Of a stretch of 64,000 bases of DNA, positions 51,931-64,000 are shown piece by piece. Source of the stretch: Felis catus (lineage: Eukaryota); assembly GCF_018350175.1 (NCBI RefSeq), contig NC_058368.1, positions 84,756,001 to 84,820,000 on the forward strand, given 5' to 3'. Position numbers and translations under genes: made by a program. Under the pieces are notes generated by a model. It was not told the origin of the DNA. It searched no databases and worked only from the letters and a program-made list of their open reading frames with translations. The first letter of the stretch is position 1. Each line of letters begins with the position of its first letter.

Positions 51931-52893
51931 TAAGCGACAACTATTGTATAAGAAACAGCTATTAAATTCTGAACTGGGATTTCGCCATGGCAATTTTTAA
52001 GTTCTCAAGGCGGAGGCATGTGGTGTTGATAAACAAATGATTATGCAGATGAATTATATTTGGTTTTGCTTGTTTTTGAGGGAACATGCTTGTTTAGCTG
52101 AGGCATTTGAAAGATGGAATAATTGGAATGTAATTATTGTGGAATGTAATTATTGGAATGGAAAGTGGAATGAAATAATTGTGCTACTCCCTCCCTAAGA
52201 GAACAGAGAGGCAAACAAAGGACATTTACTGTGAGGAAAGTGCAGGTAGAATTTAATTTCTCACAACTTTTTGTGGTAGAGAGATTTTGTGGGCTATCCT
52301 ACCTCCTTAGCTTGTCAGTAATATATGGCCCTGACATCAAAGGAAGATGAATCACTCTGGATAATTTTATGCATTCACAGAAATAGTTTTCTGGTGATAT
52401 ATTGAGGAAAGTCCAATAAAAGGTAATAGTTTCTATATAGTATTTATAAAATAGATTTATTTGACACCAAAAATTTAATTGAATATTAGGCTTTATGATG
52501 AAACATTGTTCTGTTTGTGTGAGTAGTTACTTTATTCAACCTCTTCAGCCTTTCCTTTGCAACACAACTAAAAGTAATATCATAAAATAATATATTTGTA
52601 TGTTTAATTTTGTATAAATATTAGTGCAATTGAGGAATACTTTAAATATTGTTTTTATGTATTTATCACATGTCTTATGTCATACATTCTTAAGAGATGT
52701 TCAATAACAAAAGAAGTAAAACTGAGGTAAGACAATGTTAAATTAAATTTTATATAAATATATTTTATATTGTTAGACTAAGGGATAAAATGAAATTGAG
52801 ACATTGTAAAATGAGGATGGTATCAAAATGGATAAAAGTGGGCCTAAATATATTTGTAAATTATACCCAGGGTAATGAATTGAGAAGCAGAGA

Positions 52894-53800
52894 ATGGAAA
52901 GAAGGATCAATAGAATCACTGGAACTGAATTTGTTCTTTTGGGGCCGTTTCACCATATCCACACCCCAAAGCTTCTTTTCAATCGTCTTCCTGTTTTTTC
53001 ATGCAGTCCTTGTTGGCAATGTTATAATGATGATTCTTATTTGGTTTGATTGTCGCCTCCATAGTCCTATGTATTTCCTTCTCAGTCAACTCTCCTTGAT
53101 GGATCTTTTATATAACTCTACTTTGGTCCCCAAGATAGCCATTGACATTATGTCTGGAAGAAACAGCATTTGCTATATTGGTTGTGGAACTCAGCGTTTC
53201 CTCTTCATGACTCTTGTGGGAACAGTGTCTTCTTCTGTCAGTAATGGCATAAGGCTGCTATATAGCTACATGCCATTCCCTCCATTACTCAGTACTCAAG
53301 TGTCCAATAGTCTGTGCATTCATGGCAACTGGCACATGGCTGAGTGCACTTCTCAATGCCTTTATCCATGTTTTCTATATTCTGAGTCTCCTTTACTGTG
53401 CTTCCAGGGAGAGACATCATTTCTTTTGTTGAGACCCCACCACTCCTGAAACTTGTTTGTGCTGACACTTCTCTTTATGAAAGTGGCCTTTTTGTCAGTG
53501 GTGTTCTTTCTCCTTTTTCCAATATCTGCCATCATGGCCTTATATGGTCAGATCGTCTCCACTGTTTTTGGATTAAGAGCAAACTTGGGGGCAACCTGTT
53601 CTTCCCATATGACTGTTGTTTCTTTCTACAATTGAACAGCCATCATCAAGTATTTTCTTGCCAAAGCTTATCACACTGCTTAGCAGGACAAAGTGGTCTC
53701 GATCTTCTACACTATCCTTACACCCATGCTCAACCACCTCATCTAAAGTCTACAAAACAAGGAGGTGGCTGGAGCTTTCAGGAAAGTCCTGGGAAGATAA
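52894..53800 (+). pseudogene. Olfactory receptor family 2 pseudogene (OR2AJ/OR2L/OR2AK-like)
   Basis: ATG at 52894 (MERRINRITGTEFVLLG), [40 protein letters not shown] and QDKVVSIFYTILTPMLNHLI*SLQNKEV. It has several frameshifts, in-frame stops (MAYDRY reads MA*GCY) and a short deletion before TM6. Confidence 0.93.
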
Positions 53801-54244
53801 TTACCTTAATAAATTGATAAATGTTGCTAATAGGACATGAAAAGATGGACCCTGATTGCAGAGGGATAATACTACAACAGAGACAGGCAATAGAGAGGAA
53901 GCAAATGCTACTTTTCTTTGAACACTTTATGGCCAAATAAATACACCCTATCCTTGGCACACTGGTAATGGAGTAGAGCACTCCTTTCTGTTATGCCTCT
54001 ATGATCTTTCAAATTTATTAAGCAAAATGCTATGAGTCAGAAATCTTCCAATCATCAATCAAGATAAAACACAGCTGTATTTATTGTCTTCATTTTTGTA
54101 TTAAGCAAGAGAAAAATGTGGACTCTATGGCATATTGACCCTATACTAAATTTTATACTAATTATTTTTAAATACCAGTAATATATAAACATTTAGGAAG
54201 TAAACATTTATAATACATTGCTCAAAACCTTAGTTTTCCAATTC

Positions 54245-54426
54245 TTTTTTAATGTTTATTTATTTATTTTGAGAGACAGAGAGAGAGTGAGAAAGATAAA
54301 ATCCCAAGCAGACTCTAACGGTTACTACAGAGCCCAGTGCAGGGCTCAATCTTATGAACCATGAGATTATGACTTTAGCTGAAATCAAGAGTCAGAGTCT
54401 TAAGTGACTGAGTCACCCAGGCATCC
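54245..54426 (-). mobile_element. CanSINE, diverged
   Basis: TSD ccttagttttc(c/t)aattctt. Confidence 0.9.
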
Positions 54427-54808
54427 TTAGTTTTCTAATTCTTAAAAGAACATATTTAATTTTGAATATGTAACATTTTAGTTTTGAAATTTGTTATTGG
54501 ATATTTTTTTATCTACAAATGCTAGTTGAGATAATCTGTCATTTTGATTTATACTTTTTCTCTGCTAACAAGCAAATCAAATTTGAAGTGTGCCCCACAA
54601 ACGCAGATTTGTCTTCCTGTTCTTACCACTTCATGTTAGAAGTGATATAATAATTTTGCCTTCTTTTGTTTTACTAATTCCTACAAGCACAATATTGTAG
54701 CTTTGATAATATTAAACTAATGAACTTCAGTAACTTGACTTAATTAATTGTTGTATCTGCCTAGTTTTTGCAAATTTATCGTATTGTTCCCTTCCAATTT
54801 ACATATCA

Positions 54809-54855
54809 CTAATATAATATAATATAATATAATATAATATAATATAACATAACAT
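54809..54855. repeat. (TAATA)n pentanucleotide repeat
   Basis: Direct reading. Confidence 0.9.
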
Positions 54856-55129
54856 ATACTTATACATATATATTTTTCTGTAGAGCACCCCATTTCTTTC
54901 TTTTTTTTTTATATGAAATTTATTGACAAATTAGTTTCCATACAACACCCAGTGCTCATCCCAAAAGGTGCCCTCCTCAATACCCATCACCCAACCTCTC
55001 CTCCCTCCCACCCCCCATCAACCCTCAGTTTGTTCTCAGTTTTTAACAGTCTCTTATGCTTTGGCTCTCTCCCACTCTAACCTGTTTTTTTTTTTTCCTT
55101 CCCCTCCCCCATGGGTTCCTGTTAATTTC

Positions 55130-58100
55130 TCAGGGTCCACATAAGAGTGAAACCATATGGTATCTGTCTTTCTCTGTATGGCTTATTTCACTTAGCATCA
55201 CACTCTCCAGTTCCATCCACGTTGCTACAAAAGGCCATATTTCATTTTTTCTCATTGCCACGTAATATTCCATTGTGTATATAAACCACAATTTCTTTAT
55301 CCATTCATCAGTTGATGGACATTTAGGCTCTTTCCATAATTTGGCTATTGTTGAGAGTGCTGCTATGAACATTGGGGTACAAGTGGCCCTATGCATCAGT
55401 ACTCCTGTATCCCTTGGATAAATTCCTAGCAGTGCCATTGCTGGGTCATAGGGTAGGTCTATTTTTAATTTTCTGAGGAACCTCCACACTGCTTTCCAGA
55501 GCGGCTGCACCAATTTGCATTCCCACCAACAGTGCAAGAGGGTTCCCGTTTCTCCACATTCTCTCCAGCATCTAGAGTCTCCTGATTTGTTCATTTTGGC
55601 CACTCTGACTGGCGTGAGGTGATACCTGAGTGTGGTTTTGATTTGTATTTCCCTGATAAGGAGCGACGCTAAACATCTTTTCATGTGCCTGTTGGCCATC
55701 CGGATGTCTTCTTTAGAGAAGTGTCTATTCATGTTTTCTGCCCATTTCTTCACTGGGTTATTTGTTTTTCGGGTGTGGAGTTTGGTGAGCTCTTTATAGA
55801 TTTTGGATACTAGCCCTTTGTCCGATATGTCATTTGCGAATATCTTTTCCCATTCCGTTGGTTGCCTTTTAGTTTTGTTGGTTGTTTCCTTTGCTGTGCA
55901 GAAGCTTTTTATTTTCATAAGGTCCCAGTAATTCACCTTTGCTTTTAATTCCCTTGCCTTTGGGGATGTGTCGAGTAAGAGATTGCTCCGGCTGAGGTCA
56001 GAGAGGTCTTTTCCTGCTTTCTCCTCTAAGGTTTTGATGGTTTCCTGTCTCACATTTAGGTCCTTTATCCATTTGGAGTTTATTTTTGTGAATGGTGTGA
56101 GAAAGTGGTCTAGTTTCAACCTTCTGCATGTTGCTGCCCAGTTCTCCCAGCACCATTTGTTAAAGAGGCTGTCTTTTTTCCATTGGATGTTCTTTCCTGC
56201 TTTGTCAAAGATGAGTTGGCCATACGTTTGTGGGTCTAGTTCTGGGGTTTCTATTCTATTCCATTGGTCTATGTGTCTGTTTCTGTGTCAATACCATGCT
56301 GTCTTGATGATGACAGCTTTGTAGTAGAGGCTAAAGTCTGGGATTGTGATGCCTCCTGCTTTGGTCTTCTTCTTCAAAATTCCTTTGGCTATTCAGGGCC
56401 TTTTGTGGTTCCATATGAATTTTAGGATTGCTTGTTCTAGTTTCGAGAAGAATGCTGGTGCAATTTTGATTGGGATTGCATTGAATGTGTAGATAGCTTT
56501 GGGTAGTATTGACATTTTGACAAAATTTATTTTTCCAATCCATGAGCAGGGAATGTCTTTCCATTTCTTTAAATCTTCAATTTCCTTCATAAGCTTTCTA
56601 TAGTTTTCAGCATACAGATCCTTTACATCTTTGGTTAGATTTATTCCTAGGTATTTTATGCTTCTTGGTGCAATTGTGAATGGGATCAGTTTCTTTATTT
56701 GTCTTTCTGTTGCTTCATTGTTAGTGTATAAGAATGCAACTGATTTCTGTACATTGATTTTGTATCCTGAAACTTTGCTGAATTCCTGTATCAGTTCTAG
56801 TAGACTTTTGGTGGAGTCTGTCGGATTTTCCATGTATAATATCATGTCATCTGCAAAAAGCGAAAGCTTGACTTCATCTTTGCCAATTTTGATGCCTTTG
56901 ATTTCCTTTTGTTGTCTGATTGCTGATGCTAGAACTTCCAGCACTATGTTAAACAGCAGCGGTGAGAGTGGGCATCCTTGTCGTGTTCCTAATCTCAGGG
57001 AAAAAGCTCTCAGTTTTTCCCCGTTGAGGATGATGTTAGCTGTGGGCTTTTCATAAATGGCTTTTATGATCTTTAAGTATGTTCCTTCTATCCCGACTTT
57101 CTCAAGGGCTTTTATTAAGAAAGGGTGCTGGATTTTGTCAAAGGCCTTTTCTGCATCGATTGACAGGATCATATGGTTCTTCTCTTTTTTTTTGTTAATG
57201 TGATGTATCAAGTTGATTGATTTGCGAATGTTGAACCAGCCCTGCATCCCAGGAATGAATCCCACTTGATCATGGTGAATAATTCTTTTTATATGCCGTT
57301 GAATTCGATTTGCTAGTATCTTATTGAGAATTTTTGCATCCATATTCATCAGGGATATTGGCCTGTAGTTCTCTTTTTTTTACTGGGTCTCTGTCTGGTT
57401 TAGGAACCAAAGTAATACTGGCTTCATAGAATGAGTCTGGAAGTTTTCCTTCCCTTTCTATTTCTTGGAATAGCTTGAGAAGGATAGGTATTATCTCTGC
57501 TTTAAACGTCTGGTAGAACTCCCCTGGGAAGCCATCTGGTCCTGGACTCTTATTTGTTGGGAGATTTTTGATAACCGATTCAATTTCTTCACTGGTTATG
57601 GGTCTGTTCAAGCTTTCTATTTCCTCCTGATTGAGTTTTGGAAGAGTGTGGGTGTTCAGGAATTTGTCCATTTCTTCCAGGTTGTCCAATTTGTTGGCAT
57701 ATAATTTTTCATAGTATTCCCTGATAATTGTTTGTATCTCTGAGGGATTGGTTGTAATCATTCCATTTTCATTCATGATTTTATCTATTTGGGTCATTTC
57801 CCTTTTCTTTTTGAGAAGCCTGGCTAGAGGTTTGTCAATTTTGTTTATTTTTTCAAAAAACCAACTCTTGGTTTCGTTGATCTGCTCTACAGTTTTTTTA
57901 GATTCTATATTGTTTATTTCTGCTCTGATCTTTATTATTTCTCTTCTTCTGCTGGGTTTAGGCTGCCTTTGCTGTTCTGCTTCTAGTTCCTTCAGGTGTG
58001 CTGTTAGATTTTGTATTTGGGATTTTTCTTGTTTCTTGAGATAGGCCTGGATTGCAATGTATTTTCCTCTCAGGACTGCCTTCGCTGCGTCCCAAAGCAT

Positions 58101-58952
58101 TTGGATTGTTGTATTTTCATTTTCGTTTGTTTCCATATATTTTTTAATTTCTTCTCTAATTGCCTGGTTGACCCACTCATTCGTTAGTAGGGTGTTCTTT
58201 AACCTCCATGCCTTTGGAGGTTTTCCAGACTTTTTTCTGTGGTTGATTTCAAGCTTCATAGCATTGTGGTCTGAAAGTATGCATGGTATAATTTCAATTC
58301 TTGTAAACTTATGAAGGGCTGTTTTGTGACCCAGTATATGATCTATCTTGGAGAATGTTCCATGTGCACTCGAGAAGAAAGTATATTCTGTTGCTTTGGG
58401 ATGCAGCGTTCTAAATATATCTGTCAAGTCCATCTGATCCAATGTCTCATTCAGGGCCCTTGTTTCTTTATTGACCGTGTGTCTAGATGATCTGTCCATT
58501 TCTGTAAGTGGGGTGTTAAAGTCCCCTGCAATTACCACATTCTTATCAATAAGGTTTCTTATGTTTATGAGTAATTGTTTTATATATTTGGGGGCTCCGG
58601 TATTCGGCGCATAGACATTTATAATTGTTAGCTCTTCCTGATGGATAGACCTTGTAACTGTTATATAATGTCCTTCTTCATCTCTTGTTACAGCCTTTAA
58701 TTTAAAGTCTAGTTTGTCTGATATAAGTATGGCTACTCCAGCTTTCTTTTGGCTTCCAGTCGCATGATAAATAGTTCTCCATCCCCTCACTCTCAATCTA
58801 AAGGTGTCCTCAGGTCTAAAATGAGTCTCTTGTAGACAGCAAATAGATGGGTCTTGTTTTTTTATCCATTCTGATACCCTATGTCTTTTGGTTGGTGCAT
58901 TTAATCCATTTACATTCAGTGTTATTATAGAAAGATACGGGTTGAGAGTCAT
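55130..58952 (-). pseudogene. L1 ORF2p (APE endonuclease, reverse transcriptase, CCHC), inactivated
   Basis: [25 protein letters not shown] and FADD motifs are present. Lesions: a +1 frameshift in an 8-A run (about 57374-57381; 7 A in the copy at 32946), a TGA at 56393-56395 (likely CGA>TGA) and a TGG>TGA at about 56288. Confidence 0.93.
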
Positions 58953-59002
58953 TGTGATGTCTGTATGTTTTATGCTTGTAGTGATGTCTCTGCGACTTTG
59001 TC

Positions 59003-59896
59003 TCACAGGGTCCCCCTTAGGATCTCTTGTAGGGCTGGTTTAGTGGTGACAAATTCCTTCAGTTTTTGTTTGTTTGGGAAGACCTTTATCTCTCCTTCTA
59101 TTCTAAATGACAGACTTGCTGGGTAAAGGATTCTCGGCTGCATATTTTTTCTGTCTAGCACCCTGAAAATCTCGTGCCAATTCTTTCTGGCCTGCCAAGT
59201 TTCAAAAGAGAGATCAGTCACGAGTCTTATAGGTCTCCCTTTATATGTGAGGGCACGTTTACCCCTTGCTGCTTTCAGAATTTTCTCTTTATCCTTGTAT
59301 TTTGCCAGTTTCACTATGATATGTCTTGCAGAAGATCGATTCAAGTTACGTCTGAAGGGAGTTCTCTGTGCCTCTTGGATTTCAATGCCTTTTTCCTTCC
59401 CCAGTTCAGGGAAGTTCTCAGCTATTATTTCTTCAAGTACCCCTTCAGCACCTTTCCCTCTCTCTTCCTCCTCTGGGATACCAATTATGCGTATATTATT
59501 TATTTTTAGTGTATCACTTAGTTCTCTAATTTTCCCCTCATACTCCTGGATTTTTTTATCTCTCTTTTTCTCAGCTTCCTCTTTTTCCATAACTTTATCT
59601 TCTAGTTCACCTATTCTCTCCTCTGCCTCTTCAAGCCGAGCTGTGGTGGTTTTCATTTTGTTATGCATTTCGTTTAAAGCGTTTTTCAGCTCCTCGTGAC
59701 TGTTCCTTAGTCCCTTGATCTCTGTAGCAAGAGATTCTCTGCTGTCCTGTATACTGTTTTCAAGCCCAGCGATTAATTTTATGACTATTATTCTAAATTC
59801 ACTTTCTGTTATATTATTTAAATCCTTTTTGATCAGCTCATTAGCTGTTGTTATTTCCTGGAGATTCTTCTGAGGGGAATTCTTCCATTTGGTCAT
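59003..59896 (-). CDS. L1 ORF1p (coiled coil, RRM, CTD), open frame of about 297 aa from [10 protein letters not shown]
   Basis: [30 protein letters not shown] and YPASLSF motifs; no stops. Confidence 0.9.
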   Translation of the reverse strand: MTKWKNSPQKNLQEITTANELIKKDLNNITESEFRIIVIKLIAGLENSIQDSRESLATEIKGLRNSHEELKNALNEMHNKMKTTTARLEEAEERIGELEDKVMEKEEAEKKRDKKIQEYEGKIRELSDTLKINNIRIIGIPEEEERGKGAEGVLEEIIAENFPELGKEKGIEIQEAQRTPFRRNLNRSSARHIIVKLAKYKDKEKILKAARGKRALTYKGRPIRLVTDLSFETWQARKNWHEIFRVLDRKNMQPRILYPASLSFRIEGEIKVFPNKQKLKEFVTTKPALQEILRGTL

Positions 59897-60824
59897 TTTG
59901 GATAGTCCCTGGCATGGTGAGGACCTGCAGGGCACTTCCCCTGTGCTGTGGTGTAGAACTGGAGTTGGTGGGTGGGGCTGCAGTCAGACCTGATGTCTGC
60001 CCCCAGCCCACAGCTGGGGCCACAGTCAGACTGGTGTGTGCCTTCTCTTCCCCTCTCCTAGGGGCGGGATTCACTGTGGGGTGGTGTGGCCTGTCTGGGT
60101 TACTTGCACACTGCCAGGCTTGTGATGCTGGGGATGTGGCGTATTAGCTAGGGTGGGTAGGCAAGGTGCACGGGGGCAGGAGGGGCAGGCTTAGATCGCT
60201 TCTCCTTAGGTGATCCACTTCAGGAGGGGCCCTGTGGCAGCGGGAGGGAGTCAGATCCGCTGCCGGAGGTTTGGCTCCGCAGAAGCACAGAGTTGGGTGT
60301 TTGGGCGGAGCGAGCAAGTTCCCTGGCAGGAACTGGTTCTCTTTGGGATTTTGGCTGGGGGATGGGTGGGGGAGATCGCGCTGGCGAGTGCCTTTGTTCC
60401 CCGCCAAACTGAGCTCTGTCGTCAGGGGGCTCAGCAGCTCTCCCTCCCTTTGTCCTCCAGCCTTCCCGCTTTCCGAGCAGAGCTGTTAACTTATGACCTC
60501 CCAGACGCTAAGTCGCGCTTATTGTCGGAACACAGTCCGTCAGGCCCCTCCGCTTTTGCAAGCCAGACTCGGGGGCTCTGCTTGGCTGGCTAGCCGCCCC
60601 TCCGCCCGGCTCCCTCCCGCCAGTCCGTGGAGCGCGCACCGCCTAGCCGCCCTTCCTACCCTCTTCCGTGGGCCTCTCGTCTGCGTTTGGCTCCGGCGAC
60701 TCCGTTCTGCTAATCCTCTGGCGGTTTTCTGGGTTATTTAGGCAGGTGTAGGTGGAATCTAAGTGATCAGCAGGACGCGCGGTGAGCCCAGCGTCCTCCT
60801 AAGCCGCCATCTTGCCGCTTCTCC

Positions 60825-63800
60825 AGGGCACTAACCTTGACACTACACATGATTATGGCCCTAACCAGCCCAAATACTGTCTTTAAAAGGGCAACAGATG
60901 AAGGACACATTAAGGTTGCCAGATTACTCAGTCAAGAGCACAGAAGGGAACCAAGCCGATTTCTCTGAGCAGTATCGTGATGGAGAGTAGATTCAGAACA
61001 AAAGCATCACCCTCACAGACACCATCAATGTAATATCTGAACATGATCCCTAAACCTGACCTTCACCTAAACGCTCAAACTCAAGTCAGCCCACCAGGGA
61101 AATCTCAAAGTTTCAGGTGGATAGGCTCCTGCCATCTCCTGAGCCATAACTGAAACCTTGCCATGGTTCTATCACTACATGGTCCTGATTCATGTATCTG
61201 AGGACACAGTGGATGTGGGACTCTTGACATATGCCAGATTACTCAGGCAGGAATACAGAAAGGAGCCATGCCATTTGCAATGACCAGGATGGAGCATGGA
61301 GTATTATTTTGAGCAAAAACCTCACACAAACCCACACCATCAGCCTAGTCCCTGAACATGAACCCGATGCCCAACTATCACTGTAACACATGCTCTCAAT
61401 TAAGACCTCTGGGGAGGTGTCTGCATTGCCAGTGGATAGGCCCCTACCATCTCCTGGGCCTGAATCCTAACCCAGACATGTCTCCAGGCCAAGATTGGCC
61501 CAAATCATAAGCATATGGAAAAGAAAACAAACAAACAAACAAACAAACAAACATGTGGAACACATGAGGACATCAGATCATTGAACAGGGAACAGAGAAG
61601 TAAACCTTGACATTTGCCACTCCCAGAATGAAGCCACAGAGTATGATTCTGAGTGAAAACTTCAACCTTCTCCACACTATCAATCAGCCTAGCCCCTGAA
61701 CACGTAATCTAAGCCTGGCCCTCACCCTAAACCTTGCCCTCACTCAAGTCAGCCCTCCAGGGAGGTCTCTGCCCTGATGGCAGATAGTCTCCTAACATAT
61801 CCAGGATCCTAACCCAAACCCTAGCCAAGGCTCTGGCCCTATCCAGGCCCAAATCCTAGGTTAGAAGAAACAACTGATTTGGGAAACATGAACAATGCCA
61901 GATTACTCAGCCAGAAAAACAAAAGGGACCATGACATTTGCAACGACCTCAATGAAGCTAGAGAGTAGATTACAATGGAAAACTTTGCCCTCCCCTACAT
62001 AACCAGCCTTGACCATGAACATGAATCCAAAGCCTGACCCTCACTTTAGCCCTTGCCTTCCATTCAATTATCCACTGAGGTCTCCTCACTGCAAATGGAT
62101 AGGCCCCTAGTATCTCCTGGGTCCTAACCCTAACCTTAATCATGGCTCTGGCCAAACCATGCCTGAATCCTTGGTCTGAGGAAACAAGGATGAACGACAT
62201 ATGCATGATGCCAGATTACTCAGCCAGATACACAGAAAATTTCCATTTGCATGAACCAGGTGGATGTGGAGAGTAGAATAGAATGGGAAATCTCACCGAA
62301 ATCCAAACCATCCGCCTAGCCCCTGAACCTGAAAGCTAATCTGGATACTCATCCTAATACCAACTCAAATAAGTGCTCCAGGAATGTCTCTGTCCTTCCA
62401 GGGTATAGGATCCTAGCCTCTCTTGGACACTAAACCTAAGCCTAGGTATAGCTATGACCATATCAGGGACCAAACCCTAGATCTGAGGGAATAACCTAAG
62501 TGAAACACATGAAGGACATTAGGTTACTCAGCTAGAACAGAGAAGGGTTCTATGCTCTTGCAAACACCCAGAACTGGAGATAAGATTAGGATTAAAAATC
62601 ACACCCCAACCAACACAATCAGCCTGATTCTGGAAATTGAATCCAACCCTAACCCTCACTCTAACAATTGTCCTCAACTCAGGCCTCCTGGAAGGTCTCC
62701 ATACTGCTGGCAGATAGACCCCTAGCATCCTCTTGGCCCAATCCTTAACTCCAGCTCTGCTGTAGCATACCTGGGCTTGAAAGCTAGATCTGAGAAAACC
62801 ACACGTGAGGGACAAATGAACAAAGCCAAACTCCTCAACCTGGAACACACAAGTGAAGCATGTCCTTGGAAGTGACTGGGAGGGAGTTGGAAAATAGATT
62901 AGGGCTGAAAATATGACCCAAACATATGTATCCTAGCCCCTGGACCTGAAACTGAACCCTAAGCCTTACTCTCATCCTAACAAACACTCACCCTTCCACC
63001 CAAATCTCCCAGGAGGCCAGCAAACTATAAACTGATAGGCCCCTATATCTTGCAGGTACTAACCCTAACCCTAAACATGACCCTGGAACTACCTGGGCCT
63101 GCATCCTAGGTCTGAGGTAAAAATTGATTTGATACACATGAGTGGACCTGAATTATTTAGTGAGGAACACTGAAGTTATGCATACCATTTACAAGAGCAG
63201 AGTGGACCTGGAAATCACGACCGTGAGCAAAAAACGAACCATAACCCACAAAATCACATGGACTCTGAGCACAAAACCTAAGCCTGACCCACACCCTAAC
63301 ATGGGCTCTCAACCCATACATCAGAGGATATTACCTCTCTACTGGCAGATAGGCACCTGCCATCTCCCAGGAACAAACCCTAACCCTAGCCATGGCCCTG
63401 GCCCTAGCCCTAAATGGGTACACATCCCAGGTCTGAATAAGGAATAGTTTTGGACACATGACCAGAGCAGAATTATTTAGCGAGGAACCCAGAATTCCAG
63501 ATTTCCAGGAATGGGGTGAACATGGACAACATTATTTGGAGCAAATAATTAGCTGGAACACACAAAATAAGCAGGCCCCTGACCCCCAATCTAATGCTTT
63601 AGCCACATCCTAACACTTGCCATTAACTCAACATTCTATGGACAGCAACACACTAATGGCTGATAGGTCCCTGCCATCTCCCAGGGCTTAACCTTAACCC
63701 TAGATCTGTGGAAAAAAATGAATTTAGGGCATATGACTGGCCCAGAATTATTCAGCAGGGACCCAGAAGTTAACCATGCAGTTTACATGACTGGGATGGA

Positions 63801-64000
63801 TGGGGAACATTATTGTAAGCAATATCAAACCATAACCCAAACAATGAACCAGACCCTGGGCCAAAAACCTGAGCGTGACCCACACCCAAACACTTGCCCT
63901 CAATTTAGCCCTCCAAGAAGGTCACCAGACTACTGGTGGATAGGCCCCTGCCACCTCTCAGGACCTAACACTAACCCAAGCCATGGTCCAGCCCTAAATG
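60825..64000. repeat. Diverged tandem (satellite-like) array with a period of about 315 bp, about 10 units, running off the window end
   Basis: The anchor (g/a)atta(c/t)tcag recurs at about 60922, 61237, 61576, 61901, 62214, 62522, 62829, 63151, 63471 and 63746. A second anchor, gataggccc, recurs with the same period. TAACCC-like hexamers occur throughout. Confidence 0.93.

Larger units (their letters stand above)
54893..60824 (-). mobile_element. Young full-length felid LINE-1 (about 5.9 kb): CpG-rich 5'UTR, intact ORF1, disrupted ORF2, poly(A); no TSD
   Basis: 5' GGAGAAGCGGCAAGATGGCGG (YY1-type AAGATGGCG motif), long ORFs, and polyT at 54893-54910. Confidence 0.97.

Noticed and set aside
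52790..53840. 219-aa and 139-aa ORFs as functional genes
   Set aside because: They are frame-shifted pieces of a single OR pseudogene.
55130..58952. Retrotransposition-competent L1
   Set aside because: The homopolymer frameshift could be a sequencing error, but two additional nonsense codons (56393 and about 56288) remain.
60825..64000. CRISPR-like array or canonical FA-SAT
   Set aside because: Whole units are homologous rather than repeat plus unique spacer, the DNA is mammalian, and there are no cas genes. The period of about 315 bp does not fit the 483-bp FA-SAT, although a distant relationship is not excluded.
60825..64000. True telomere or interstitial (TTAGGG)n tract
   Set aside because: Only 2-3 consecutive perfect hexamers occur at any point; they are embedded in longer units.

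Overview
This is mammalian DNA, most likely from a felid: the tRNA-derived CanSINE/SINEC copies and the L1s are of the cat type. The window is the edge of a class II, family 2 olfactory receptor cluster. It holds one intact single-exon OR2T8/OR2T12/OR2T33-like gene (18355-19293, +) and one decayed OR2AJ/OR2L-like pseudogene (52894-53800, +). Most of the rest is LINE-1 of several ages, including an almost continuous nested L1 pile at about 22.4-45.7 kb, about 20 SINEs, ERVL/MaLR relics and microsatellites. A young, full-length, ORF2-dead L1 (54893-60824, -) with no target-site duplication joins the OR region to a diverged tandem array of about 315-bp units (60825-64000). Each array unit appears to combine an L1 ORF2 3'-end fragment with degenerate TAACCC-like sequence; this is the most unusual feature. 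Other oddities are a tailless 5'UTR+ORF1 L1 with a perfect 17-bp TSD, a twin-primed L1 with a 2-kb gap, a SINE with a possible 3' transduction, a perfect 60-bp AT-rich palindrome, and an Ala-to-Pro change in a conserved OR motif. All coordinates and alignments were read by eye. Repeat subfamily names are provisional. No prokaryote-type system (CRISPR, operon) is present.
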